Origin: Devosiaceae bacterium | GTDB lineage: Bacteria; Pseudomonadota; Alphaproteobacteria; Rhizobiales; Devosiaceae | Direction: 5' to 3' | Assembly: GCA_036499825.1 (NCBI GenBank) | Contig: DASYCZ010000012.1 | Location: forward strand, 1-64,000 | DNA length: 64,000 nt | Shown: in pieces, positions 9,948 through 20,005 of the stretch | Numbering within the stretch: position 1 is the first letter of the stretch | Layout of the letters: each line of letters opens with the position of its first letter | The notes under the pieces: generated by a model | Told to the model about the DNA's origin: nothing | Database searches by the model: none | What the model saw: the letters and a program-made list of their open reading frames with translations, nothing else | Position numbers and translations under genes: made by a program

Positions 9948-10970
9948 ATGACGGCCCTCAAGGCCCACGAGGTCGCGCGCTTCCTGCAGCGGCCCGACCT
10001 CGATGAGGGTATCTTTTTGGCCTACGGCCCCGATGCGGGCCTCGTCAGCGAAACCGCCAAGACTCTTGCCAAGCGCCTTGCCGGCACCAAGGGGCAAGGC
10101 ACCGAGGTGCTGGTGTTTGAAGGCTCCGAACTCGACGCCGAACCTTCACTGCTGGCCATCGAGGCCAAAACCCAATCGATGTTCGGGGACAAGCGCATCA
10201 TTCGCGTCCGCGGCGCCACCAAATCCCTGCTGCTGACGCTGACTGAGCTGCGCGACGATCCGCAGGGCGCCGTCATCATCCTCGAAGCAGGCAATCTTCT
10301 TCCCAAGGACGCCTTGCGGGCCTTTGTCGAGGCCGCCAAATCCGGCCGCGCTCTGCCCTGCTATCCCGATACGGATGAGAGCCTCAGCGCTCTCATTCGC
10401 GAAACCTTCAATCAGAATGGCATTCGGGTCGATGCCGACGTGCTACCGGCCCTGCGGGGCATTCTGGGCAATGATCGGGAGGTGACGCGGCGCGAACTTG
10501 AAAAGCTGACGCTCTTCGCCGCGTCCAGCAAGGAACTGACCCTGGTGGACGTCATGACGCTTTGTGCCGACAACGCCGCGTTGGTGATGGACGAGATCAT
10601 TGATGCCACCGGCACCGGCCACGCCCAAAAGCTCGACGATGCGCTTAATCGTGCCTTTGCGGCGGCCGTCGACCCGCAGCGACTACTCGCCGTGAGTCTC
10701 AATCATTTCAGTGGCTTACGGCGACTGCGCGGAGAAGTCGATGCCGGGCGTTCGCCACGCGACGTGCTTGAATCGGCCCGGCCCCGTCCACATTTTTCCC
10801 GCAAGGCCGCCATGGAGCAGCAATTGCGCCTATGGAGCGACGGCGCCCTGGCCAATGCTTGCGAGCGGCTCCAGGACATGGTGGCCGAGAGCCGGCGCAA
10901 GCCGGCACTGGCCGAAGCCCTGCTGCGCCGCAGCCTTTTGGCACTCGCCACGATGGCCGCCGGTCATTGA
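9948..10970 (+). CDS. holA: DNA polymerase III delta subunit
   Basis: 340 aa with delta-subunit-like N-terminal and clamp-loader fold; positioned after lptE as in most proteobacteria. Confidence 0.8.
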   Translation: MTALKAHEVARFLQRPDLDEGIFLAYGPDAGLVSETAKTLAKRLAGTKGQGTEVLVFEGSELDAEPSLLAIEAKTQSMFGDKRIIRVRGATKSLLLTLTELRDDPQGAVIILEAGNLLPKDALRAFVEAAKSGRALPCYPDTDESLSALIRETFNQNGIRVDADVLPALRGILGNDREVTRRELEKLTLFAASSKELTLVDVMTLCADNAALVMDEIIDATGTGHAQKLDDALNRAFAAAVDPQRLLAVSLNHFSGLRRLRGEVDAGRSPRDVLESARPRPHFSRKAAMEQQLRLWSDGALANACERLQDMVAESRRKPALAEALLRRSLLALATMAAGH

Positions 10971-10972
10971 GC

Positions 10973-10988
10973 CGTTTCACGTGAAACG
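10973..10988. other. parS: parS site (cGTTTCACGTGAAACg, 14/16 match to TGTTTCACGTGAAACA) in the holA/parB convergent intergenic region
   Basis: Palindrome read directly; matches the canonical ParB-binding parS consensus TGTTNCACGTGAAACA. Confidence 0.8.
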
Positions 10989-11021
10989 ACGTCAAAAACC
11001 TCATCTGTTTCAGAAGCTTGC

Positions 11022-11897
11022 CTAGTTCCCCGACAATTTCGTGCAAATGGCGTCGAGCTGCTCCAGCGTCCGGTAGCGTATTTCGAGACGCCCGCCATTA
11101 GAGGCATGGTTGATGCTGACCGCCAGCCCCAGCACATCCGAAAGCTGCTTTTCGACGGCTCGCGTATCGGCGTCCTTTTCCTCACGCTCGACGCTCGGGC
11201 GGCGCTTGGGAACATTGAGATCGCGCTGGCTCAACGCCTCCGCTTCGCGCACCGATAATCCACCACCGACGATCTGGCGCGCCAACGCCGCCGGATCCTC
11301 GGCCGTGATCAGCGTCCGCGCATGGCCAGCCGTCAGTTCGCCGCGCGCCAGCATATCGCGCACGTCATCCGGCAGACGCAACAGCCGGAGGGTATTGGCG
11401 ACATGCGAGCGGCTCTTGCCGATGACCTGTCCGAGATCCTGCTGCGTATAGCCGAACTGCTGCATCAGCTGGTCATAGCCCATCGCCTCTTCGAGCGGGC
11501 TGAGATCGGCGCGCTGCACGTTCTCGATAATCGCAAGCTCGAGGGCTTCCTTGTCATCGACCTCACGGACGATGACCGGTACATCATGGAGGCCAGCCCG
11601 CTGCGCGGCGCGCCAACGGCGCTCGCCTGCGATGATCTCAAAGATATTGGGATCCTGGCTCGGACGCACCAGCAGCGGCTGCATGACGCCCTTCTCACGA
11701 ATGGAACTGGTCAGCTCCTCCAGCTGATCCGGATCGAAATCCCGTCGCGGATTCTGCCGGTTGGCGATGATGAATTCAACCGGTAAACGCTTGATGCCAT
11801 TGGATGATTCCGCGACACGCGCACCCTCCAGCGTTGCCATGTCGCCGATCAGCGCCGCAAGGCCGCGTCCAAGTCGTGAGGGTTTGTCAGTCATCAT
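11022..11897 (-). CDS. parB: Chromosome partitioning protein ParB
   Basis: ParB box (GERRWRAA), HTH and LGRGL motifs; lies immediately downstream of parA. Confidence 0.95.
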   Translation of the reverse strand: MMTDKPSRLGRGLAALIGDMATLEGARVAESSNGIKRLPVEFIIANRQNPRRDFDPDQLEELTSSIREKGVMQPLLVRPSQDPNIFEIIAGERRWRAAQRAGLHDVPVIVREVDDKEALELAIIENVQRADLSPLEEAMGYDQLMQQFGYTQQDLGQVIGKSRSHVANTLRLLRLPDDVRDMLARGELTAGHARTLITAEDPAALARQIVGGGLSVREAEALSQRDLNVPKRRPSVEREEKDADTRAVEKQLSDVLGLAVSINHASNGGRLEIRYRTLEQLDAICTKLSGN

Positions 11898-11907
11898 CGT
11901 TCCTTCC

Positions 11908-12723
11908 TCAAGCTGCTACCAGCTGCCGCTCACGCCGGATTACTTCCGTCGCAAGCCGCAAATAGGCCTGGCTGCCGGCGCATTTGAGATCATAGAGCAG
12001 CGCCGGCTTACCGTAGGACGGAGCTTCGCTGAGTCTCACGTTACGGGGAATGACCGTATCGTAGACAAGATCGCCCATTTCATGGCGCACATCCTGCAAC
12101 ACCTGCTCGGAGAGATTGTTGCGCTTGTCGAACATGGTCATCACCACGCCCTGGATAGACAGGCGCGGATTGAGCGTCGAGCGAATCTGCTCGATGGTCT
12201 GCAACAGCTGGCTCAGACCTTCCAGCGCAAAGAATTCACATTGCAACGGCACCAGCACCGCATCCGCCGCCACCAGCGCATTGATGGTCAGGAGATTGAG
12301 CGAGGGCGGACAATCGATGAGCACATAGCTCACCGCCTGGTTGTTGATGGTAAGTTCGCCGATTGCCTTGAAGGCGTCACGCAACCGGAAAGCCCGATCG
12401 GCATGCAACGCAATGGTCAGCTCGACGCCGAGCAGATCCATGGTCGACGGCACGATCGCCACATTGGGGACCGAAGTCATGACCGCCGCCTGCGCGATGC
12501 GGGCCTCGCCCACCAGCAGGTCATAGCTCGAAACTTCACGCCCGGCACGGGAAATACCCAGGCCCGTGGAAGCATTGCCCTGCGGGTCGAGATCGAGGAT
12601 CAGCACACGCTCGCCGATCGCCGCCAAGGCGGTCGCGAGGTTAATCGCCGTCGTGGTTTTGCCGACGCCGCCCTTCTGGTTTGCCAGAGTCAAAATTCGT
12701 GGAGCCACTGCCGGCCTCCGCAA
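11908..12723 (-). CDS. parA: Chromosome partitioning ATPase ParA
   Basis: Deviant Walker A (ANQKGGVGKTTTAINLA) and overall ParA/Soj family sequence. Confidence 0.95.
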   Translation of the reverse strand: MRRPAVAPRILTLANQKGGVGKTTTAINLATALAAIGERVLILDLDPQGNASTGLGISRAGREVSSYDLLVGEARIAQAAVMTSVPNVAIVPSTMDLLGVELTIALHADRAFRLRDAFKAIGELTINNQAVSYVLIDCPPSLNLLTINALVAADAVLVPLQCEFFALEGLSQLLQTIEQIRSTLNPRLSIQGVVMTMFDKRNNLSEQVLQDVRHEMGDLVYDTVIPRNVRLSEAPSYGKPALLYDLKCAGSQAYLRLATEVIRRERQLVAA

Positions 12724-13371
12724 CTATTTGGTTTTCAAGCTTAAATTGCTAAGCTCTAGAATGACGCCGCCACTATCGGTAACGCTTGGATGTTCTATCA
12801 CGTCAAAGCGCCAGCGCGCATCCGTTTCCGCCAGCTCTTCAACATATTCCCGGCCTTTATGCAGCAGCGCGCGGGTTTGTGATGTAAAAAACGGCATCAT
12901 CATACCGCAGAGATCGTTGAGACTCGCCAGTGCGCGTGCGGTTATCACGTCAGGCGGCAATGTTTCACGTGGATCAATGGCGTCGCTCCGATTCGACAGC
13001 ACAGTGACATTCAGCGAAAGGTCCCGTGCAACGGCTCTGAGAAAGCTCACCTTTCTGGAGTTCGAGTCGATCAGGACGAAGCGCGGCTTACCCTTCAGCG
13101 CGATGGCAAGCGGCAATGAGGGGAAACCGCCGCCGCTGCCGAAGTCGAGAAAGTTCGCCGCGTCCCCCACAAGGCTCAGAATCTGCAAGCTATCGGCGAT
13201 ATGGCGTGTCCATAGCGTCGCCAATGTTTCACGTGAAACAAGATTCTGTATCCTCTGCCATTTCTGCAATAACTGAGAAAAGGATTCCAGATCACTGGCG
13301 ACTTCGCTGATCGGCCGCGTCAGCCACTGCTCATAGGGAGCGAGCGTTGCGAGAGCCTCTTGTCCGGCCAC
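12724..13371 (-). CDS. rsmG: 16S rRNA (guanine527-N7)-methyltransferase RsmG (GidB)
   Basis: GidB family SAM-binding motifs (LDFGSGGGFPSLPLA); GTG start; conserved mnmG-rsmG-parAB order. Confidence 0.9.
   Translation of the reverse strand: MAGQEALATLAPYEQWLTRPISEVASDLESFSQLLQKWQRIQNLVSRETLATLWTRHIADSLQILSLVGDAANFLDFGSGGGFPSLPLAIALKGKPRFVLIDSNSRKVSFLRAVARDLSLNVTVLSNRSDAIDPRETLPPDVITARALASLNDLCGMMMPFFTSQTRALLHKGREYVEELAETDARWRFDVIEHPSVTDSGGVILELSNLSLKTK
12961..12976. other. parS: parS-like site (TGTTTCACGTGGATCA, 14/16) inside rsmG
   Basis: Read directly. Confidence 0.5.
13225..13240. other. parS: Perfect parS site (TGTTTCACGTGAAACA, 16/16) inside rsmG coding sequence
   Basis: Read directly; exact match to the canonical parS. 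On the minus strand it encodes V-S-R-E-T of RsmG. Confidence 0.9.
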
Positions 13372-15234
13372 TTAGCTGGCCTTCGCCATGGCACCGCGGC
13401 GGATAACCGCCAGGAGCAATGTAACCGCAGCCGGCGTCATGCCATCGATCGCCTGCGCCTGCGCTAGCGTTGCGGGCTTGCGCATCGCGAGCTTCTGGCG
13501 CAATTCCATCGACAGGCCCGGCATGGCATCGTAATCGACCCATCCCGGAATCGCGCGACTCTCATCACGCCGGACCGCTTCGATGTCGGCTTTCTGGCGA
13601 TCGAGATAAACCGCATACTGCGCATCGATGGATAACTGCTCCAAGGTCGCTGCCGGGATGCTGGCGATTTCCGGCCACAAGCGCTCCAAATCCGTGGCAG
13701 CCACATCCGGATATGACATCAACTCGAAGGCCGAACGTACCCTGCCATCGGCATTGACGGCGAAGCCCGCCTGGCGGGCCACCGTCGGCGACGACGTCAG
13801 GCTATCGAGCAGCACCCGGCCTTTAGTCAGGCGCTCGCGTTTTTCTTCAAATATTTCAACCCGTTGTGGCCCGACGAGGCCCGTCTCGGTCCCCATTGGG
13901 GTAAGCCGTTGATCGGCATTATCGGCCCGCAGATGCAAGCGAAACTCAGCGCGTGAAGTGAACATGCGATAGGGCTCGCTGACGCCACGGGTTACCAGAT
14001 CATCCACCATCACGCCGAGATAGCTCTCGGTGCGGGACAGCACGATCTGTTCGGCTCCACTCGCCATCAGGCCCGCATTGGCGCCGGCGAGCAGGCCCTG
14101 GGCGCCCGCTTCCTCATAACCTGTCGTGCCGTTGATCTGTCCGGCAAGGAACAGTCCCGGGAGCCGTTGCAACTCCAATGTCGCCCGCAGCTCGCGAGGA
14201 TCGACGTGATCATATTCGATGGCATAGCCCGGCCGCACGATGCGGACGTTCTCCAATCCGGGCATGGAGTGCAGGAACGCCTCCTGTACTTCCGCCGGCA
14301 ATGAGGTCGACAGGCCGTTCGGATAGATGGTGGTATCGTCGAGGCCTTCCGGCTCCAGGAAAATCTGGTGGCTGTCGCGGTCAGCGAAGCGTACGATCTT
14401 GTCTTCGATCGACGGGCAATACCGTGGTCCCCGGCTCTGGATACGCCCCGAATACATCGCCGATCGATGAATATTGTCGGCGATGATGCGGTGCGTTTCA
14501 GCCGTCGTCCGCGTGATGAAGCACGACACCTGGGGCGTCGTGATCACCGACGTGAGCGCCGAGAAGGGCTCCGGCGGCACGTCGCCCTGCTGTTCTTCCA
14601 GCGCGCTAAAATCGATTGTCGCACCATCGAGCCGCGCGGGCGTGCCAGTTTTCAGGCGTCCCAGGCGCAGGCCGAGCGTTTCCAGCCGCGTCGACAGGCC
14701 GAGCACCGGCTTTTCGCCGACCCGCCCCGCAGGCACGGTCTCTTCACCTCGATGGATCAGGCCGCGCAGGAATGTTCCGGTCGTCAGCACCACGGCCTTG
14801 GCCGAAAAGCTACGCCCATCCAACAACCTGACCCCCGCCACCGCGCCATCTTGGACGATGAGATCATCGACTTCGCCCTCGATGACATCGAGATGGCTCT
14901 GCGCCGTGATCGCCGCCTGCATGGCCTCACGGTAGAGCTTGCGATCTGCCTGGGCGCGCGGCCCACGCACAGCTGGCCCTTTGCGGCGGTTCAGCACGCG
15001 GAACTGAATGCCGGCAGCATCGGCGACACGACCCATGAGGCCATCCAGCGCATCGATTTCGCGCACAAGATGGCCCTTGCCGAGGCCTCCGATCGCCGGA
15101 TTGCAGCTCATCTCGCCGATGGTTGCGAATTTGTGGGTAATGAGCGCCGTCGGGACGCCCAGGCGTGCCGCGGCCGCAGCCGCTTCACAGCCCGCATGTC
15201 CGCCGCCGACAACGATGACGCCAAAATCACTCAT
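13372..15234 (-). CDS. mnmG: tRNA uridine-5-carboxymethylaminomethyl modification enzyme MnmG (GidA)
   Basis: 620 aa with FAD-binding [10 protein letters not shown] and full-length GidA similarity. Confidence 0.95.
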   Translation of the reverse strand: MSDFGVIVVGGGHAGCEAAAAAARLGVPTALITHKFATIGEMSCNPAIGGLGKGHLVREIDALDGLMGRVADAAGIQFRVLNRRKGPAVRGPRAQADRKLYREAMQAAITAQSHLDVIEGEVDDLIVQDGAVAGVRLLDGRSFSAKAVVLTTGTFLRGLIHRGEETVPAGRVGEKPVLGLSTRLETLGLRLGRLKTGTPARLDGATIDFSALEEQQGDVPPEPFSALTSVITTPQVSCFITRTTAETHRIIADNIHRSAMYSGRIQSRGPRYCPSIEDKIVRFADRDSHQIFLEPEGLDDTTIYPNGLSTSLPAEVQEAFLHSMPGLENVRIVRPGYAIEYDHVDPRELRATLELQRLPGLFLAGQINGTTGYEEAGAQGLLAGANAGLMASGAEQIVLSRTESYLGVMVDDLVTRGVSEPYRMFTSRAEFRLHLRADNADQRLTPMGTETGLVGPQRVEIFEEKRERLTKGRVLLDSLTSSPTVARQAGFAVNADGRVRSAFELMSYPDVAATDLERLWPEIASIPAATLEQLSIDAQYAVYLDRQKADIEAVRRDESRAIPGWVDYDAMPGLSMELRQKLAMRKPATLAQAQAIDGMTPAAVTLLLAVIRRGAMAKAS

Positions 15235-15267
15235 GGAATTCTCCGGAAGTCCGGCGGTTTAGGCCAA

Positions 15268-15283
15268 TGTTTCACGTGAATCA
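15268..15283. other. parS: parS site (TGTTTCACGTGAATCA, 15/16) between mnmE and mnmG
   Basis: Read directly. Confidence 0.8.
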
Positions 15284-15304
15284 AGCGTCACACGGTCCTG
15301 GCCG

Positions 15305-15320
15305 TGTTTCACGTGAATCA
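15305..15320. other. parS: parS site (TGTTTCACGTGAATCA, 15/16) overlapping the mnmE stop codon
   Basis: Read directly; a second copy 37 bp from the previous one. Confidence 0.8.
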
Positions 15321-16622
15321 TTTGCCGATGCAAAAGCTCGAAAACAGTCTGTCGAGGATCATCTCCGGGTCGATCTTCCCGAGGAGGCGCTCCAGCTCGG
15401 TCGATGCGATACGCAATTGTTCGGCCGCCAACTCGGGCTGCCCCAGGCTACGTATGGCGAACTCCAGCGCGGCGACCGCTTCCGCGAGGCGCTCCCGATC
15501 GCGCTCGCGGCTGACCAGCGACGGCTCGCCCTCGCCAGCCAGCTCGGCTGCAAACACCGAAAGCCGCCGTGTCAACGCGGCTATCCCCTCATCTGTGACC
15601 ACCGAGATAGCCAAGTCGAACGTTCCGGCTGGCGTACCCAAATCCCGCTTTGTAGCGATGCGCCAGATCGGCGCCTCAACATCGAACTCTTCTTCCAGCC
15701 CTGCATCGGGCGCCTCGAGCTTAAGAACCAGGTCAGCCCGGCTAAGCTCCAGGCGCGCGCGCCGCACACCCTCGGCCTCCGCCTTGCTGTCCGTGTCCCG
15801 CAGGCCGGCGAGGTCGACGACGATCAGTAATTGCCCATCGAGATCGATGGCCACCTCGCGCACGTCGCGCGTCGTTCCCGGCTCCTCGGTGACGATAGCC
15901 ACGTCCGATCGGGCCAAGGCATTGACCAGGCTGGATTTTCCGGCATTGGGCGCACCCGCCAGGGCGACGCGAACCCCCTCGCGCACGATACGGCCACGCG
16001 TCACGCTTTCGAGCGCCCGGCTGAGTTGCCCCATGAGGGTGGCAATGTCGGCGCCGAACGACGCCGGCAATTCCGCCGATACGTCGCCTTCGTCGGAGAA
16101 ATCCAGACGCGCCTCGATCTCGGCCCTCAAATCCAGGAGTCGTTCACGCCAGTCGGTCACTGCGGCCGACAGGCCACCCGATGCGCGCATCAGCGCCTGC
16201 TTGCGCTGGCTTTCGGTTTCCGCATCGAGCAGATCGCCAAGACCCTCGATCTCGGTGAGATCGAGCTTGCCGTTCTCGAAAGCGCGCCGGGTAAATTCGC
16301 CGGCTTCAGCCAGCCTTATCCCGGACTCTGCCGTCAGTGTGCGCAGAATTGCCCGCACGCCCGCAGGCGAGCCATGCACCTGCAACTCGGCGCAATCTTC
16401 GCCCGTAAAACTACGGGGGGCCGGAAACCAGGTGACCAGCCCGCGATCGAGGATCGTATCGCCGATCTTCACATCGGCAAGCACCAGGCGGCGCGGCTCA
16501 GGCAACCGCCCCAGGATGGCTTCGACCACGCCTGCCGTCGCGGGCCCGGAGAGGCGGACCACCGCCACCCCGGAGGGCAATCCGCCCGACGACAACGCCA
16601 CGATGGTATCGCCGGCACGCAT
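15318..16622 (-). CDS. mnmE: tRNA modification GTPase MnmE (TrmE)
   Basis: G-domain motifs (GAPNAGKSSL, DLAG), an N-terminal THF-binding region, and the C-terminal CIGK. Confidence 0.95.
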   Translation of the reverse strand: MRAGDTIVALSSGGLPSGVAVVRLSGPATAGVVEAILGRLPEPRRLVLADVKIGDTILDRGLVTWFPAPRSFTGEDCAELQVHGSPAGVRAILRTLTAESGIRLAEAGEFTRRAFENGKLDLTEIEGLGDLLDAETESQRKQALMRASGGLSAAVTDWRERLLDLRAEIEARLDFSDEGDVSAELPASFGADIATLMGQLSRALESVTRGRIVREGVRVALAGAPNAGKSSLVNALARSDVAIVTEEPGTTRDVREVAIDLDGQLLIVVDLAGLRDTDSKAEAEGVRRARLELSRADLVLKLEAPDAGLEEEFDVEAPIWRIATKRDLGTPAGTFDLAISVVTDEGIAALTRRLSVFAAELAGEGEPSLVSRERDRERLAEAVAALEFAIRSLGQPELAAEQLRIASTELERLLGKIDPEMILDRLFSSFCIGK

Positions 16623-16637
16623 GATCGGATCGCGGTA

Positions 16638-17903
16638 TCAGGTGTTCATGGACTCGAAGAATTCGCCATTGGTCTTGGTCTGGCGGATCTTGTCCATCAG
16701 GAATTCCATGGCGTCGATCGTGCCCATCGGCGTCAGGATGCGGCGGAGCACATACATCTTCTTCAAGATATCGGGCTCGACCAGCAGCTCTTCCTTGCGG
16801 GTGCCGGACTTGGTGATATCCAGCGCCGGGAACACGCGCTTATCCGCCACCTTGCGGTCGAGAATGATTTCCGAGTTACCCGTACCCTTGAACTCTTCGA
16901 AGATCACTTCGTCCATGCGCGAGCCGGTATCGATCAGCGCCGTGGAAATGATGGTGAGCGAGCCGCCATCCTCGATATTGCGCGCCGCGCCGAAGAAGCG
17001 CTTCGGGCGCTGCAGCGCATTGGCGTCCACGCCGCCGGTCAACACCTTGCCCGAGCTTGGCACCACGGTGTTGTAGGCGCGGCCCAAACGGGTGATGGAA
17101 TCGAGCAGGATGACGACGTCACGCTTGTGTTCGACCAGGCGCTTGGCCTTTTCGATCACCATTTCGGCGACTTGCACGTGGCGCGAGGCCGGCTCGTCGA
17201 AGGTCGAGGAAATCACCTCACCCTTCACAGAGCGCTGCATGTCGGTCACTTCTTCGGGCCGCTCATCGATCAGCAGTACGATGAGGTAGCATTCGGGGTG
17301 ATTGGTAGCGATAGACTGTGCGATATTTTGCAACAGTACCGTCTTACCAGTACGGGGCGGCGCAACAATCAAAGCACGCTGGCCCTTGCCGAGCGGCGCC
17401 ACCAGGTCGAGTACGCGGGCGCTGCGATCCCTGATCGTGGGGTCCGGCAGTTCCATGCGCAGCCGCTCATCGGGATAAAGCGGCGTCAAATTGTCGAAAT
17501 TGATCTTGTGGCGGACCGCTTCTGGGTCCTCGAAATTGATGGTGTTGACCTTGAGCAGGGCGAAATAGCGCTCGCCCTCCTTGGGTGAACGAATCTGCCC
17601 TTCGACCGTATCGCCGGTGCGCAGCGAGAACCGCCGGATCTGCGAGGGGCTGACATAGATGTCGTCGGGACCGGGCAGGTAATTGGCATCGGGCGAACGC
17701 AGGAAGCCGAAGCCATCGGGCAGCACTTCGACCACGCCCTCGCCGGTGATGTCGACCTCTTTGGCCGCCAGCTCCTTGAGGATGGCAAACATCAATTCCT
17801 GCTTGCGCATGGTCGAGGCGTTCTCGACCTCGTGTTCCTCGGCGAAAACCAGCAGTTCGGCTGGGGACTTGGCCTTGAGCTCGCTGAGCTTCAGATTTTG
17901 CAT
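16638..17903 (-). CDS. rho: Transcription termination factor Rho
   Basis: Start at [10 protein letters not shown]; RNA-binding cold-shock-like domain, Walker A (GKTVLLQ) and conserved Rho motifs. Confidence 0.95.
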   Translation of the reverse strand: MQNLKLSELKAKSPAELLVFAEEHEVENASTMRKQELMFAILKELAAKEVDITGEGVVEVLPDGFGFLRSPDANYLPGPDDIYVSPSQIRRFSLRTGDTVEGQIRSPKEGERYFALLKVNTINFEDPEAVRHKINFDNLTPLYPDERLRMELPDPTIRDRSARVLDLVAPLGKGQRALIVAPPRTGKTVLLQNIAQSIATNHPECYLIVLLIDERPEEVTDMQRSVKGEVISSTFDEPASRHVQVAEMVIEKAKRLVEHKRDVVILLDSITRLGRAYNTVVPSSGKVLTGGVDANALQRPKRFFGAARNIEDGGSLTIISTALIDTGSRMDEVIFEEFKGTGNSEIILDRKVADKRVFPALDITKSGTRKEELLVEPDILKKMYVLRRILTPMGTIDAMEFLMDKIRQTKTNGEFFESMNT

Positions 17904-18055
17904 ACGGAGTAACCCTTTGGGGAAGTCGGGTGAGGGCATGGTGGGGAGGGAAATACACCGCCGCGGCGGCTGGAATCAGCCGCGCTCTCTGGGTGAGATG
18001 GGCACTGATTTACCCAAAAGCCGCGCCGGTTTCAAGGCGATTATCGCCGGAGACC

Positions 18056-18071
18056 GGCGATTCACGTGAAA
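18056..18071. other. parS: parS-like site (cGaTTCACGTGAAACA, 14/16) in the rho upstream region
   Basis: Read directly. Confidence 0.6.
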
Positions 18072-18092
18072 CAGGTTATGCCCGCGCCGCGA

Positions 18093-18521
18093 TCAGAATG
18101 GTTTGACGATGACCATGATGACGATGACGATCATCAGGACCGTCGGAATCTCGTTGATCATGCGGAAGAATTTGGCCGGCTTGTCGTTCCGGTCCTGGGC
18201 GAATGCCCTCAGATACCGGCCCAAAACGCCGTGAAAACCGCTGAGCGCCAGAACGAACACGGCCTTGACCCAGGGCCAGATGCTGCTCCAGTCGACCGCG
18301 CCGCCAAAGATCATCGCCAGGCCGAACACATAAGCGGCGATCATCGCCGGCGTGGTGATGCCGCGATAGAGCCGCCGCTCCATGATCTTGAAGGTTTCGG
18401 ACTGCACCGAGCCTTTTTCGGCATCGGCGTGATAGACGAACAATCGCGGCAGATACAGCATGCCCGCCATCCAGGCGATCACCGAGATCACATGCAGTGC
18501 CTTGACCCATTCGATCCACAT
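18093..18521 (-). CDS. hemJ: Protoporphyrinogen IX oxidase HemJ (CopD-like membrane protein)
   Basis: 142 aa, multi-pass membrane protein with HemJ signature (W..A.H.I.....AG..YLPRLFVYH). Confidence 0.8.
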   Translation of the reverse strand: MWIEWVKALHVISVIAWMAGMLYLPRLFVYHADAEKGSVQSETFKIMERRLYRGITTPAMIAAYVFGLAMIFGGAVDWSSIWPWVKAVFVLALSGFHGVLGRYLRAFAQDRNDKPAKFFRMINEIPTVLMIVIVIMVIVKPF

Positions 18522-19561
18522 CAGCGGCGACCCTTTACGATTTCGACCAGTTCCGCCACGTTTTCGATCGGCGTTTCCGGCACAATGCCATGCCCGAGGT
18601 TGAAGATATGCGGCCGGCCCGAAAAGCCCCTGATGATGGCTTCCGCCCGCTCCCGCATCTGTGTCCCACCTGCCACGAGGCGCAGCGGATCAAGATTGCC
18701 CTGCACGCCGAGCGTCCTGGGCAGGATGGAATCCGCAAACCCCACCGGCATCGAATAATCGAGGCCGACGAGATTTACCTTAGTCGATTCGGCGTAGCGG
18801 GAAATCATGCCGGCGGCACCACGGGGAAAACCGATGATGGGCGCGTCGGCGATCTGCTGCCGGACGCCGGCAACGATGCGGCAGTTCGGCTCAATCACAT
18901 GGGAAACGAAGGCGTCTTCGTCAAGGTTCAGCGCCCAGCTTTCAAACAGCTGCACCACATCGGCGCCGGCGCGGAACTGCGCCACCAGATGGGCGATACT
19001 GGCCTCGATGAGGATATCCAGCAATTGCCCGAAGGCCTCGGGTTGTTGCAGCGCGAACAGCCGGGCCGCCGCCTGATCGGTCGAACCCCGGCCGTTTATC
19101 ATGTAGGTCGCAACAGTCCAGGGCGAGCCGCAAAAGCCGATCAGCGTCTTGTCGGCCGCAAGGCTCGCTTTCACCCGCTCCAGGGTTTCGTAGACCGGCG
19201 CCAGAAACTTGACCACGCCTTCCGGCTTCAAAGCCGCAAGGCTACCGGCATCCACCGGATCGAGACGTGGTCCCTCGCCCACTTCAAAGCGAACTTTCTG
19301 GCCCAGCGCATCCGGGATGATGAGAATGTCCGAAAAGATGATCGCCGCATCGAGATCGAAGCGGCGCAGCGGCTGCAGCGTCACTTCCGCAGCCATTTCG
19401 GGGTTGTAGCACAGCTCGAGGAAGCTGCCGGCCTTGGCACGCAGCGCCTTGTACTCGGGAAGATAGCGCCCTGCCTGTCGCATCACCCACATGGGCGGCC
19501 GTTCCTGGCGCTGTCCCAGAACCGTGTCCAGTAAAGGCTTGCCGCTCGTCTTCGGGCTCAA
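18521..19561 (-). CDS. hemE: Uroporphyrinogen decarboxylase
   Basis: PPMWVMRQAGRYLPEY and downstream URO-D motifs. Probable TTG start at LSPKTSGKPLL; a longer in-frame ORF runs to 19687 but lacks a good start. Confidence 0.9.
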   Translation of the reverse strand: MSPKTSGKPLLDTVLGQRQERPPMWVMRQAGRYLPEYKALRAKAGSFLELCYNPEMAAEVTLQPLRRFDLDAAIIFSDILIIPDALGQKVRFEVGEGPRLDPVDAGSLAALKPEGVVKFLAPVYETLERVKASLAADKTLIGFCGSPWTVATYMINGRGSTDQAAARLFALQQPEAFGQLLDILIEASIAHLVAQFRAGADVVQLFESWALNLDEDAFVSHVIEPNCRIVAGVRQQIADAPIIGFPRGAAGMISRYAESTKVNLVGLDYSMPVGFADSILPRTLGVQGNLDPLRLVAGGTQMRERAEAIIRGFSGRPHIFNLGHGIVPETPIENVAELVEIVKGRR

Positions 19562-20005
19562 TGGGATACCCCGCTTCCCTTCCAGGAAGAGAATCTTTTC
19601 TTGTTTATCTTTATTATCATAGCGGTGTTTTGCCCCAATTCCTGGCCGTCCACAATCGCTGGCGTGATGACACAAGCGCACAGCCACAAAGGTAAACTAT
19701 GTGTAAACGCCGGCCGTGATCCCAACGGGGAAAAGCCCGGAAAATCATGGTTAACGAACCGTTAATCCGGGCCTTTCGGAGGGCGGCGGAATTTTCTCCA
19801 TTGGGGAAAACTCCTGCACCGGCACGGGCTTGCGGCTTTGGGTTTTCCCCAGAGTTACCAGTCTTGGGCCATGAGGCGTCCACAGCACCATGCCTGTGCA
19901 CGAAAAAGCGCGGCACTGGGATAAACCCGTCTCGCCGGTCTTCCCGACGGTATTTTCACAACCGGGGTCTTGAGCCAGCGTGAACTGTGTGGAAAACCTC
20001 AACGC
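19562..20005. promoter_or_regulatory. oriC: Candidate chromosomal replication origin (oriC/Cori-like) in the hemE-maf divergent intergenic region
   Basis: Same position as Caulobacter Cori (hemE | Cori | CC0001-maf-aroE-coaE-dnaQ). Contains an AT-rich stretch (19595-19625), a TTAACgaaccgTTAA CtrA-type box (19751-19765), a weaker GTAA-N7-GTAA box (19692-19706) and DnaA-box-like 9-mers (TGTGGAAAA at 19988-19996; CCGTCCACA at 19646-19654; GCGTCCACA near 19878). Confidence 0.5.

Noticed and set aside
10976-10985. TTCACGTGAA palindromes first considered as a Crp/Fnr-type or PpsR-type operator, or as a REP hairpin
   Set aside because: Half-site spacing does not fit TGTGA-N6-TCACA, TTGAT-N4-ATCAA or TGT-N12-ACA, and a zero-loop palindrome cannot form a hairpin. 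The 16-bp extended consensus TGTTTCACGTGAAACA and the clustering next to parAB identify it as parS.
18521-19687. Full 388-aa extent of the hemE ORF up to 19687
   Set aside because: The first about 43 codons have no similarity to HemE N-termini and would consume a third of the putative origin region. A TTG start just before the conserved PPMWVMRQAGRY motif gives a typical 346-aa HemE.
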